IMG/VR virus record: IMGVR_UViG_3300021364_000005
Source of the DNA: a virus
Taxonomy: Duplodnaviria > Caudoviricetes
Length of the DNA: 64,000 bases
Direction: 5' to 3' (one strand)
The notes under the pieces are model-generated. The model did no database searches. It was not told the DNA's origin and saw only the letters and a list, made by a program, of their open reading frames with translations. Position 1 is the first letter of the stretch; the number at the start of each line of letters is the position of its first letter. Of this stretch, positions 54,970 through 63,473 are shown piece by piece. A program made the translations under genes and the position numbers.

Positions 54970-55377
54970 TTAATGATTTAACTTGATATAATTTACTGTA
55001 CCTGTAGTCCAATTAGATACATAAGCTCTAATCCATACATAATTGCCGGTAAAGTTGTATGTTTTAGTATTTGTAGTTGCATCAGTGTATTCTATAAAAG
55101 TTATGTTTTCTTCTGAAATAAGTCCTGTGGTATCTACAGATAATCCACCAGTACCTAGCTCTACAGTAAACCAGTCATCTGCTGTAGGGTTAACAGCTAG
55201 TGTTGCTTGAATCTCAATCTTGCCTACAAATCCGTTAAGATTTGCTTGCATGGTGTGTAGACCGTCTGAGCGGCCGTAATACCCATCCCCGCGATATTGG
55301 TCACCAGTTACTGTCGTAACAGTGCTATCATCTGGATGTGTGTTCTGTGTTAAAATATCTATACTATTACTCGGCAT
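54970..55377 (-). CDS. Probable virion structural protein
   Basis: Late promoter 5 nt before ATG 55377; beta-sandwich-like composition. Confidence 0.65.
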   Translation of the reverse strand: MPSNSIDILTQNTHPDDSTVTTVTGDQYRGDGYYGRSDGLHTMQANLNGFVGKIEIQATLAVNPTADDWFTVELGTGGLSVDTTGLISEENITFIEYTDATTNTKTYNFTGNYVWIRAYVSNWTTGTVNYIKLNH

Positions 55378-55381
55378 ACTA

Positions 55382-56053
55382 CTATTTATCAATAGTAGGG
55401 TCAACAACTACTTCTTCAATTTTACGGATATTGTTACCTATGAAAATATTTAATAAAGATAGTACTTTTGGACTTTTTACATAAAAATAGTAACCATGAC
55501 AAAACCCTGATGTTTTAATATATTCATATGCACGAGTACCTATTTTAATTTTATCCCTATTTGCATCAATCCATGCTGCAAAATCTGTACTTACTCTGTT
55601 TTTTAAAGTAACTCTATACTTAAAATCAGTAGGTCTTTTTAATATAGCTACTCTTGGGATTTCGTTTATTAGGTCTTTTAAATTATCACTTGGGCTGTAG
55701 TATTTGCATTCTTTATAAAGTTTGTCAGATATGCCAAATAAAAACTTAGGACTATTGGCATATAAACTAATAGATCCCATTTCTATTCTAATCATGTAAT
55801 CTGTTTTAGTTTGGCTTAGTTTTTGTAAAAGGTATTTTGCATCCAAAAAGTCTTCCATACTTACTGGAATTTCTATATATGCTTTTCGCAGTATAAGTTC
55901 AGTTCCCTTATCATATTCGTGTTGAATACTTTCTAGCATAGATCTAGCATAGGCAAAATTTTTATCTCTAAAAATATGCGCTATGCTATTAAAAAATTCT
56001 AGTTTATACCAATATTTCTCATAATATTTTTTAGGTGAATTAAACTTCTTCAA
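55382..56053 (-). CDS. Hypothetical phage protein
   Basis: GGAG SD; coupled to the clpA end. Confidence 0.7.
   Translation of the reverse strand: MKKFNSPKKYYEKYWYKLEFFNSIAHIFRDKNFAYARSMLESIQHEYDKGTELILRKAYIEIPVSMEDFLDAKYLLQKLSQTKTDYMIRIEMGSISLYANSPKFLFGISDKLYKECKYYSPSDNLKDLINEIPRVAILKRPTDFKYRVTLKNRVSTDFAAWIDANRDKIKIGTRAYEYIKTSGFCHGYYFYVKSPKVLSLLNIFIGNNIRKIEEVVVDPTIDK
55383..55389 (-). promoter_or_regulatory. T4-late-like promoter, leaderless
   Basis: ATAAATA-gtagt-ATG. Confidence 0.68.
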
Positions 56054-58292
56054 CTAAAATCTCTCCGGTTCTTAAAGATATAGTATTTTCATCTGCATCA
56101 TGCACAATTTCTACTACACCCCCATCTTTAAGATTTCCAAAAAGTAATTCTCTTGATAGAGGACGTTTAATTTCCTTGTCAATAACACGTTGTAAAGGTC
56201 TTGCTCCCATTTTAGGATCAAAGCCTTTTTCTACAAGGTAGTCTAATGCATCATCGGAAATGGTAATTTTAACATTTTTATCTTTGACCATTGTTTTTAA
56301 TTCTAACAAGAACTTGCCAACAATTTTCATCATTGTTTCTTTACCAAGTTTTGCAAATGTAATTGTAGCATCTAATCTGTTACGGAACTCAGGAGCAAAA
56401 AAGTTCTTAAGTTCTTTATCATCATACTCGTTATCATTATCATTGCCAAACCCGATAGTATTCTTTTCAGCTTCCTTAGCACCTAAATTAGTTGTTAATA
56501 TAAGAACACTATTTCTAGCATCTGCTTCCTTGCCATTTGAGCTTGTTACTTTTCCGTTGTCCATAATCTGCAAAAGGATCTGAGACACGTCTGGGTGAGC
56601 TTTTTCAATTTCGTCTAGCAATAACACACAGTTAGGATTTTCTTGTAGTTTTTCAATTAATAATCCACTAGTTTCTTCATGCCCAACATAGCCTGGAGGC
56701 GAACCAATAAGTTTTGCGACAGAGTGTTTTTCTTGATATTCACTCATATCAAATCTTACAAGCTCTACTCCTAAATGTGAAGCAAGTTGTTTTGCAGTTT
56801 CTGTTTTACCAGTACCTGTTGGCCCCATAAACACAAATGAACCAATCGGGCTTGTTGGTGCTTTTAGCCCTGCTTGGGCAACAAGGATTTTGTCAACAAT
56901 ATTTTCGATAGCTTCATCTTGTCCATAAACAACAGACTTCATATTCTTTTCTAAATTAGCAAGATTTTCTGTTTCTTTTTCAGCAACCTGTTCAGGTGGC
57001 AATTTAACATACTTTGCAAGCTCAAATTGAATGTTCTTTTCGCTTACAATTTTGTCACCTTCAAACTCGATCAAATTAAATCTAGAACAAGCAGCATCAA
57101 TTAGATCAATTGCTTTGTCAGGAAGTTTTTTGTCTGGCTGATATTTTACACTAAGTTTAATACTAGCATCAATAGCTTCTTCGGTAATTGTTGCATTATG
57201 ATATTCTTCGTAGTATTGTTTGATGCCGTTTAGAATATCTTTAGTTACGGATTCACTAGGCTCTTCAACTGTAACTCTTTGGAATCTACGCATTAATGCT
57301 CTATCTGATTCAAAGTATTTTCTGTATTCTTCCCAAGTTGTTGATGCAACAACTTTAAGATTGCCTTTAGTGAGAGCTGGCTTCAGCATATTTGCTAAAT
57401 CGTTTGAGCTATTACCTCCGCCAGCACCTGCACCGTTCATCATGTGAGCTTCATCTACAAACATGATGGCTTTGTCTTTCTTTGTAAGTGCATGAAGCAC
57501 TAATTTAAACCGCTCCTCAAAATCACCTCGGTACTTGGAGCCTGCAAGCATTGCGCCGATGTCTAAATTATATACTTCATATTCTGCTAAGAAAGGCGGA
57601 ACATTGCCATTTACAATATTCCATGATAAGCCTTCTGCAATAGCAGTTTTACCAACTCCAGGGTCACCTACAAGTAAGACGTTATTCTTATTTCTGCGTC
57701 CTAGAGCAAGTGCAATACTGTCTAGTTCTTCAGAACGTCCGATTACTGGATCAATTTTTCCTTTTTTAACTTGAGCATTTAGATCAGTAGTAAATGCACG
57801 TAGAGCCTTTTGTGCTTGGCTATTAGTTTCTGAATCTTCTGCTTCTTCTGCAACTTCATTACTTACATATTCGTTAAATGCTTCTTTATCAACTCCGCCT
57901 TTATTTAAGTAGTAGCAAGCAGGTGTTTTCTTTTCTGCAAGTATACTACTCATAACATCCTGAAGCTGAATAGTATTACGACCGTTGAATAAAACTTGTG
58001 TAAACGCACGATTTAAGATACGTTCTACAGTTTGTGTTTTTTTAGGTTTGAATTTCTTTGGCTCACCATCTTCGATAATTTTAATTTCTTCTGCATTCTT
58101 AAGATGATGTTCTAAACTAGATTTGATAAAATCTACTTCTGCACCGAACCCTATTAAAAGTTGTGCAAAATTCTTTTCGCAAAGCATACTGAACAATAGA
58201 TGTTCTACTGTTACATATTCGTGTCTCAATTTTTGTGCGTCTTTAATTGCTTTATCAAATACTGCTTGTAGTTCGTTACTTGGCTCTACCAA
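56040..58292 (-). CDS. clpA: ClpA-type Hsp100 chaperone/protease ATPase subunit
   Basis: N-domain HEYVTVEHLL; GDPGVGKT/FVDE; GPTGTGKT/LDEIEKAH; IGF loop; no M-domain; TTG start with AGGAG. Confidence 0.9.
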   Translation of the reverse strand: MVEPSNELQAVFDKAIKDAQKLRHEYVTVEHLLFSMLCEKNFAQLLIGFGAEVDFIKSSLEHHLKNAEEIKIIEDGEPKKFKPKKTQTVERILNRAFTQVLFNGRNTIQLQDVMSSILAEKKTPACYYLNKGGVDKEAFNEYVSNEVAEEAEDSETNSQAQKALRAFTTDLNAQVKKGKIDPVIGRSEELDSIALALGRRNKNNVLLVGDPGVGKTAIAEGLSWNIVNGNVPPFLAEYEVYNLDIGAMLAGSKYRGDFEERFKLVLHALTKKDKAIMFVDEAHMMNGAGAGGGNSSNDLANMLKPALTKGNLKVVASTTWEEYRKYFESDRALMRRFQRVTVEEPSESVTKDILNGIKQYYEEYHNATITEEAIDASIKLSVKYQPDKKLPDKAIDLIDAACSRFNLIEFEGDKIVSEKNIQFELAKYVKLPPEQVAEKETENLANLEKNMKSVVYGQDEAIENIVDKILVAQAGLKAPTSPIGSFVFMGPTGTGKTETAKQLASHLGVELVRFDMSEYQEKHSVAKLIGSPPGYVGHEETSGLLIEKLQENPNCVLLLDEIEKAHPDVSQILLQIMDNGKVTSSNGKEADARNSVLILTTNLGAKEAEKNTIGFGNDNDNEYDDKELKNFFAPEFRNRLDATITFAKLGKETMMKIVGKFLLELKTMVKDKNVKITISDDALDYLVEKGFDPKMGARPLQRVIDKEIKRPLSRELLFGNLKDGGVVEIVHDADENTISLRTGEILVEEV

Positions 58293-58322
58293 AATAAATG
58301 CTCCTGTTTTATTATTGTATTT

Positions 58323-58351
58323 ACTTTAACATAAAATTGTTGTAATGTCAA
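58323..58351 (-). promoter_or_regulatory. sigma70-type promoter for clpA, overlapping a late GTAAATA (58318-58324)
   Basis: TTGACA-17nt-TAAAGT. Confidence 0.65.
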
Positions 58352-59157
58352 TTGGACTGGTAACCAAAAATGTTTTCTAATTGTAGTAATTGCATTTCGG
58401 TTAACTTTGGCATCACAGTGTCTATTTTAATATACGCATTTCCACGTTGTCTATTGTTAAGTGGTAACCCGTGTCCTGTTATACTTAATGTGGTTCCAGG
58501 TTTTGTGCCTCTTGGAATATTAACTTTTATATCACTGCCTTCTAACGATTTTACAAATATGTGTGTGCCTTTTAATAAACTAATTAATGGAATTGTTTCT
58601 TTAGCTTTTAAATGGGGACCATCAATGTTCCAATAATGATGTCTTATGTAATTTACTAGGACATTTAAATTGCCTCTAGGAAAATCAGATACTGCGTTAT
58701 CTCCTAATCCTCTAAACTGAACAGTTTGACCGTTTTGGATGTAAGGGGGAATAGTAACCTCAGCCTCTTCTATACCTCTTGTTGTTTTATATCTTAGTCT
58801 TAAATTTTTTCCACTGAATACTTCTTCTAGACTAAGTTTTACTGGTATAGAAATATCCTTGTTTCTTGGTCCGTGTCTTTGTTGAAATCCTCCTCCGAAC
58901 ATATTGGAAAATATATCATTAAAATTTCCAAAATTATCACTAAAGGCATTTGAATTGAACTGTGCTTGTGGATTATCATACGCTGCTTTTTTTTGTGGAT
59001 CTTTTAAAACATCGTATGCTTCGTTTATTTGTTTAAATTTGGTATCGTCACCACCTGTACGATCAGGATGATGCTCCATAGCAAGTTTTCTATATGCTTG
59101 TTTTATTTCTTTGTCAGAGGCTGTTCTATTTACGCCAAGTACACTATAATGGTCCAT
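58348..59157 (-). CDS. dnaJ: DnaJ co-chaperone lacking the Zn finger (class II, CbpA-like)
   Basis: J-domain HHPD, G/F-rich linker, C-terminal domain. Confidence 0.9.
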   Translation of the reverse strand: MDHYSVLGVNRTASDKEIKQAYRKLAMEHHPDRTGGDDTKFKQINEAYDVLKDPQKKAAYDNPQAQFNSNAFSDNFGNFNDIFSNMFGGGFQQRHGPRNKDISIPVKLSLEEVFSGKNLRLRYKTTRGIEEAEVTIPPYIQNGQTVQFRGLGDNAVSDFPRGNLNVLVNYIRHHYWNIDGPHLKAKETIPLISLLKGTHIFVKSLEGSDIKVNIPRGTKPGTTLSITGHGLPLNNRQRGNAYIKIDTVMPKLTEMQLLQLENIFGYQSN

Positions 59158-59161
59158 ACTG

Positions 59162-59168
59162 TACTTAG
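59162..59168 (-). promoter_or_regulatory. Variant late-like promoter, leaderless, for dnaJ
   Basis: CTAAGTA-cagt-ATG. Confidence 0.5.
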
Positions 59169-59177
59169 CGTGTTATA

Positions 59178-59543
59178 TTAGCCTTTCTTGCTAGTTCCGG
59201 CGTATAGTCCGAACCAAGCAGCACCTGCACCGACTACTACACTTATTAGTCCTGATTGCTCCATAGTCGGGTCTGGTAAGTCCATATACCAAATAACACA
59301 TTTGTAAAGTAATATTATGTAAACAGTAATAAAAATACGAGGGAAAATTCTCCAAGCATCTACTGCTTTAGCTAAATGTATTATTTTTGCATAAGGATTA
59401 GGTCCTAGGTCTTTAACACTTGTATCTACTTCTAAATCTAGCTTCACTTTTTTAGTAGCACCTTCTGAACTTGCTGGAACTACTACTTCTGCGTCATGCT
59501 TTTCTGCTGGAACATCTAAGTCTTCAAGTTTTCTTCTTGGCAT
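59178..59543 (-). CDS. Two-TM membrane protein (holin candidate)
   Basis: FPRIFITVYIILLY and LISVVVGAGAAWFGLY; in the lysis block. Confidence 0.55.
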   Translation of the reverse strand: MPRRKLEDLDVPAEKHDAEVVVPASSEGATKKVKLDLEVDTSVKDLGPNPYAKIIHLAKAVDAWRIFPRIFITVYIILLYKCVIWYMDLPDPTMEQSGLISVVVGAGAAWFGLYAGTSKKG

Positions 59544-59820
59544 TTTTGCCCTCCAATTTCTCTAAACGTTTTTCTATTTCATCTATTTTTGATGTTATTT
59601 TAGGATACTTTACACGCCAAGCATTTGGATCGTTTTGTAGCCAGGTCCATCCCCAACGTATTGCTAGATATTCTAATGTTGCATCAAATTTACTTACTGC
59701 CCATGTTGCCATTCTTGTGTCTTTAAACCAAAACAAAAATGCCGCACCAAACAGTGAACCTGCAAGTGCTGTGTAAATCCACAGTCTATCGCTTGCCATA
59801 CGTTCAATCATTTCCCACAT
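59524..59820 (-). CDS. Single-TM membrane protein (holin/antiholin candidate)
   Basis: N-terminal TM, C-terminal coiled coil; AGGAGG SD; late promoter. Confidence 0.55.
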   Translation of the reverse strand: MWEMIERMASDRLWIYTALAGSLFGAAFLFWFKDTRMATWAVSKFDATLEYLAIRWGWTWLQNDPNAWRVKYPKITSKIDEIEKRLEKLEGKNAKKKT

Positions 59821-59843
59821 AGTACCCTCCTACTATGTTGTAT

Positions 59844-60320
59844 TTATTCTATATGACGCCTAATACTTATCGCACGACCGGGATAATATAAACTGTATTT
59901 TACTTGGTTATTTTGATTGCCACCTAGTATTATCCATTCGCCCGAAGGTGGGTACGTGCCTACATAAAACCCTACGTGCCCTTTCCATCCTTCATTTCCT
60001 CTTGGAAATACTACTATGTCTCCGTACTGTATTTTTGTATAATGTACTTCTTCGCCCCAATCTAAAAAACTTCTCGCCATTAAAGGATATTCCGATACAC
60101 TTTCACTACCAGGAATTCCTGCATTATTCAACATTGCATTAACAAATGCTGCACACCATTCAGTACGCACTGGATCTACACCTACAAGTTGTTTTATTTC
60201 TTGTCTGTCTTTTGTTTCAGTCAATCCTATAAAACCTTTTGCTCTATCAAGAGGCGAGGCATTTATTGTCTGACAAGCAGATAGTGCCACAAGGATGGCC
60301 GGAAGAAATTTCCTAAGCAT
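59844..60320 (-). CDS. NlpC/P60-CHAP-like peptidoglycan peptidase (TIGR02594-like), possible lipoprotein
   Basis: WCAAFVN, ARSF, GHVGFY, LGGNQ; LSAC lipobox. Confidence 0.8.
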   Translation of the reverse strand: MLRKFLPAILVALSACQTINASPLDRAKGFIGLTETKDRQEIKQLVGVDPVRTEWCAAFVNAMLNNAGIPGSESVSEYPLMARSFLDWGEEVHYTKIQYGDIVVFPRGNEGWKGHVGFYVGTYPPSGEWIILGGNQNNQVKYSLYYPGRAISIRRHIE

Positions 60321-60325
60321 ACAGA

Positions 60326-60332
60326 TATTTAT
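60326..60332 (-). promoter_or_regulatory. T4-late-like promoter, leaderless
   Basis: ATAAATA-tctgt-ATG. Confidence 0.65.
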
Positions 60333-60781
60333 TTAAATGGGTTTAGCTTATCTAATGTAGATTCTGCAGGTCTGCTATTTTCTGCTTCAACTTCTACTTG
60401 TGCATTTTCAATTTGTTGATTGGCATCTTCTAATGCTTTTTCGGATTGTTCGTAGTAGTTTTGATAGGCAGCAATTATTTCTTTTTGCTGTTGTAATAAC
60501 ACCATTATATCACTCATGTTTAACGATAGTTTTTCATAACCGTCATCTGTCAATGCAATTAAAGCAGGGTCTTTTTTGTCCTTAATTAATTTGGCAAAAA
60601 CTTCTTCAGCATTTTCTTTGTTAATTACAATCCATTCTACGTCCTTTAGACGTAGTTGTTCTACAGGAGGTAAAACTAGTGCTGGCTTATCAATTGGCTT
60701 GGCACTTATTTCTATTTGTCTCGGAGTTGATGTGCATCCTACTAATAATAGTGTCGCAACTAAAATTGTTATGAGTTTCAT
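60329..60781 (-). CDS. o-spanin-like lipoprotein (Rz1-like)
   Basis: MKLITILVATLLLVGC lipobox; Pro-rich segment; ATGA overlap with the i-spanin. Confidence 0.7.
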   Translation of the reverse strand: MKLITILVATLLLVGCTSTPRQIEISAKPIDKPALVLPPVEQLRLKDVEWIVINKENAEEVFAKLIKDKKDPALIALTDDGYEKLSLNMSDIMVLLQQQKEIIAAYQNYYEQSEKALEDANQQIENAQVEVEAENSRPAESTLDKLNPFK

Positions 60782-61275
60782 AAATTCTTCCTTTTCCAAG
60801 CATCGCTTTGAATGTTAGGATCAAAGTTAGGATTTGCTGTTCTCCAACATTCAGGATTAATTTCACTTGGCTTTGTTGCTGACTTTTCTTTATCTGTCAG
60901 TTCCGCCCCACTCATTATTTCTAAACAACGCTGCACATTTGAAGTTGCACCGTTTAATACTTTTTCAGTAAGCCCTGGTTTAGCAACTGCCGCGGCTCCT
61001 ATATCATGTCGCGACAGTCTATCTTCTAAAGCTCTATTACGATCACTTATTGCTTTCCATTCAGTTTGTAATCTTGCATTTTCTATTTGCATACTTTGAA
61101 ATGCAGCCTGTTGTGCTACAAGAGCTTGTTCATTGGTTTGTACGGCTGTCTCTAACTTAGCATTATTTTCCTGCAGAATTGCAATACGCTCTTGTGTGTC
61201 ATTATAATACCACGCACCAGCAGCTGCCATGCCTGCCATTAAAAAGAAAAATACGATTGCTAATTTGGCACCCAT
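60778..61275 (-). CDS. i-spanin-like protein (Rz-like)
   Basis: N-terminal TM plus long coiled coil, immediately after the endolysin. Confidence 0.68.
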   Translation of the reverse strand: MGAKLAIVFFFLMAGMAAAGAWYYNDTQERIAILQENNAKLETAVQTNEQALVAQQAAFQSMQIENARLQTEWKAISDRNRALEDRLSRHDIGAAAVAKPGLTEKVLNGATSNVQRCLEIMSGAELTDKEKSATKPSEINPECWRTANPNFDPNIQSDAWKRKNL

Positions 61276-61280
61276 ACCAC

Positions 61281-62138
61281 CTACCCTAGTAATTTTCCCA
61301 ATGTCTTGGGTCCTACTATGCCGTCAGCAACAAGTCCATTTGCACTTTGCCATTCTTTTACAATGCGCTCTGTGCCTGGACCAAAGATACCGTCTGCTGG
61401 AGAAATATCAAGTTTTTCTTGTACCTCTGCAACTAATGGCCCTCTGCTGCCTTTACGTATAGTTTGATTTAAGTTAAGTTCTTGCTCTTCAGGTTCTTCG
61501 TAATCGCCGCCTAATACATCCATTGCATGAAGATAGTGTTTCTTACGATCGTCTAAACCAATAGTGCCACCGTTAATACGCTTTGTTGCACCTACAACAT
61601 CCATATCATCACAGTACCTATTAATGCCATTTGTGTCCCAGAACCAACACGCTGAGTCGAGCGCACCTTTTTTGGTACGTACATAGTCTACTGCTTCTTC
61701 AGGTGACATATCTACTTCTTTGCCGAACTTTGTGTAGTTGTAACGTCCGGTAAGCTGAAGAATACCTCCGCCTCTAAACATCCAGCCGTCACCGGAATCG
61801 GTGTCACCGTTGTCCATTCTATTTGCGTAAATAACGTTTGCAATTTTTTCAGGCTGTCTGTGATACTCATTTGCATCCCTTCCTGCTCTTTTAAAGTATT
61901 TAGGGAATATAGTGTTAAGAGCTTTTGCACTATAGTTTAAGTTTTCACTTAATACTCTAAAGCCACCGCTTTCATGTCCACATTGTGCAACAAACATTGC
62001 TACACGTTCGATTGTATCTACTTCCCATAGAGGAAGGATTTCGCACATTGCTTCATACCAATCCTCCCAATCATCTCTATGGATTAACTCCTCTGCCATC
62101 CACGGCTCGAAGTCAAACTTAAAATGTTCTTTTGCCAT
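61281..62138 (-). CDS. GH19 chitinase-like endolysin with C-terminal peptidoglycan-binding domain
   Basis: AQCGHESG, ENLNYS, RGGGILQLTG, INGG; DGIFGPGT / DGIVGPKT. Confidence 0.9.
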   Translation of the reverse strand: MAKEHFKFDFEPWMAEELIHRDDWEDWYEAMCEILPLWEVDTIERVAMFVAQCGHESGGFRVLSENLNYSAKALNTIFPKYFKRAGRDANEYHRQPEKIANVIYANRMDNGDTDSGDGWMFRGGGILQLTGRYNYTKFGKEVDMSPEEAVDYVRTKKGALDSACWFWDTNGINRYCDDMDVVGATKRINGGTIGLDDRKKHYLHAMDVLGGDYEEPEEQELNLNQTIRKGSRGPLVAEVQEKLDISPADGIFGPGTERIVKEWQSANGLVADGIVGPKTLGKLLG

Positions 62139-62139
62139 A

Positions 62140-62844
62140 CTATGTCCTTTTGACTACAAGGGCTTTGCCCTGATTTTCGAAGACTAATTCGTCTCCATAC
62201 TTACTTATATTGTAGTCGCCGATATACTTAGTTAAAAAGAGTATTTCAGGATAAGCATCTATGTTAAATGCTTCTGTCATAAATAATTTATTACTATTCA
62301 CAAATTTAATAAATTCAAAAACTAGAGGCTCAGCATATGCTTTTTTTACAACTATTTTGTTTGCTTTCATATGTACTGACTCTAACATACTTTGATCAAA
62401 AAACTTAGTGTAATTATTAACTTTTGATTCTTGTATTGCTTTTTCATAAGTGTCGTTATCTAATGGAATAACGCCTAAATTTTCTAATGTTGCTTCTTCG
62501 CTTTTAAAGCTCTTATAATATCTAAATCTTAATTTTTCTAGTCCAGCAAGGTCTTGGATACCATATACCATTTCTGCAATTTGTTCTGGAACATCTCTAT
62601 TTCTTTCTATTTCAATAAAGACTTTGTATGTGCCGTCCGATTGTTCGCCTGTGCTTACATCTGCGTCTAACACAAAAGGATAGCCTTTTTCACAAAAGTT
62701 CATTAGATCTTTAGCTGCTTCTCTTTCATGAACACTAAAACTTACAGTAACAATATCCTTATCTTCTCCCATTTTAGAAGAAAAACTGTCCACTTCAAAA
62801 ACATCATCTACAAGGTGTATCAAGTCATCTTTTTGTAGACCCAT
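62140..62844 (-). CDS. Hypothetical phage protein
   Basis: Coupled ORF, 234 aa. Confidence 0.72.
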   Translation of the reverse strand: MGLQKDDLIHLVDDVFEVDSFSSKMGEDKDIVTVSFSVHEREAAKDLMNFCEKGYPFVLDADVSTGEQSDGTYKVFIEIERNRDVPEQIAEMVYGIQDLAGLEKLRFRYYKSFKSEEATLENLGVIPLDNDTYEKAIQESKVNNYTKFFDQSMLESVHMKANKIVVKKAYAEPLVFEFIKFVNSNKLFMTEAFNIDAYPEILFLTKYIGDYNISKYGDELVFENQGKALVVKRT

Positions 62845-63359
62845 TACACTGCTCCTTCAGGTGCTGGCGTATCTGTTGCTGCATCTGCATTAGCTTGAAC
62901 ATCTGCTTCTTGTGGAGCAGAATCTGCTGGCTTAGGATTTATTTGATTATACCCGCCATAAACTTCACCAATTAATGATGTAGGCATTTTAATTTCAACT
63001 ACCCAAATTGGCTTACGGTCAAGTTTACCTTTTTTTGTACCTGGACGAATATCTTCTTCTTTGCGTATTTTACGAGGTACTAGAATATTATCTTTCCCCA
63101 TACGTACTTTACAGTCATAATCTAACAGACGCTTTGCTCCCATTGGATCTGGCATTTTTTCTCTTGGCCACATAAACTGGCAAGTAACCCAATGCCGATC
63201 AATGTCTGGTCCCATAGCTAATTCACCCTCTGACCAGTTCTCATATACATACAAATCTAGTTCGTCAATGACTCTTTCAAAGTCCTTCAAAACATTAAAC
63301 GATGTATCTGATTCATATATTGATTCTATATTTTTTACAATATCTAAAACGTCTTTCAT
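62844..63359 (-). CDS. Hypothetical phage protein
   Basis: Start moved to ATG 63359, downstream of the late promoter at 63383-63389. Confidence 0.72.
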   Translation of the reverse strand: MKDVLDIVKNIESIYESDTSFNVLKDFERVIDELDLYVYENWSEGELAMGPDIDRHWVTCQFMWPREKMPDPMGAKRLLDYDCKVRMGKDNILVPRKIRKEEDIRPGTKKGKLDRKPIWVVEIKMPTSLIGEVYGGYNQINPKPADSAPQEADVQANADAATDTPAPEGAV

Positions 63360-63382
63360 ATCATAAATCCTATCTACTATGT

Positions 63383-63410
63383 TATTTATCCAATCCATCG
63401 ATGCTAAATA
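63383..63410. promoter_or_regulatory. Back-to-back late-like promoters
   Basis: ATAAATA on minus (63383-63389) and CTAAATA on plus (63404-63410). Confidence 0.6.
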
Positions 63411-63473
63411 CATTTGTAGGGCAACAGCCCGAACGGGCAAAGCTCTACTTCCTATTCCAATAAGGAGGACTTA

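Noticed and set aside
2051-61930. Numerous 60-160 aa antisense or out-of-frame ORFs in the track (e.g. 23309..23629, 37679..38158, 49128..49529, 52824..53234)
   Set aside because: Each lies wholly over a longer motif-supported gene and lacks an SD or promoter; these are shadow ORFs.
63416-63448. Hairpin as an intrinsic terminator
   Set aside because: There is no U-tract on either strand, and it sits between divergent genes where nothing needs terminating.
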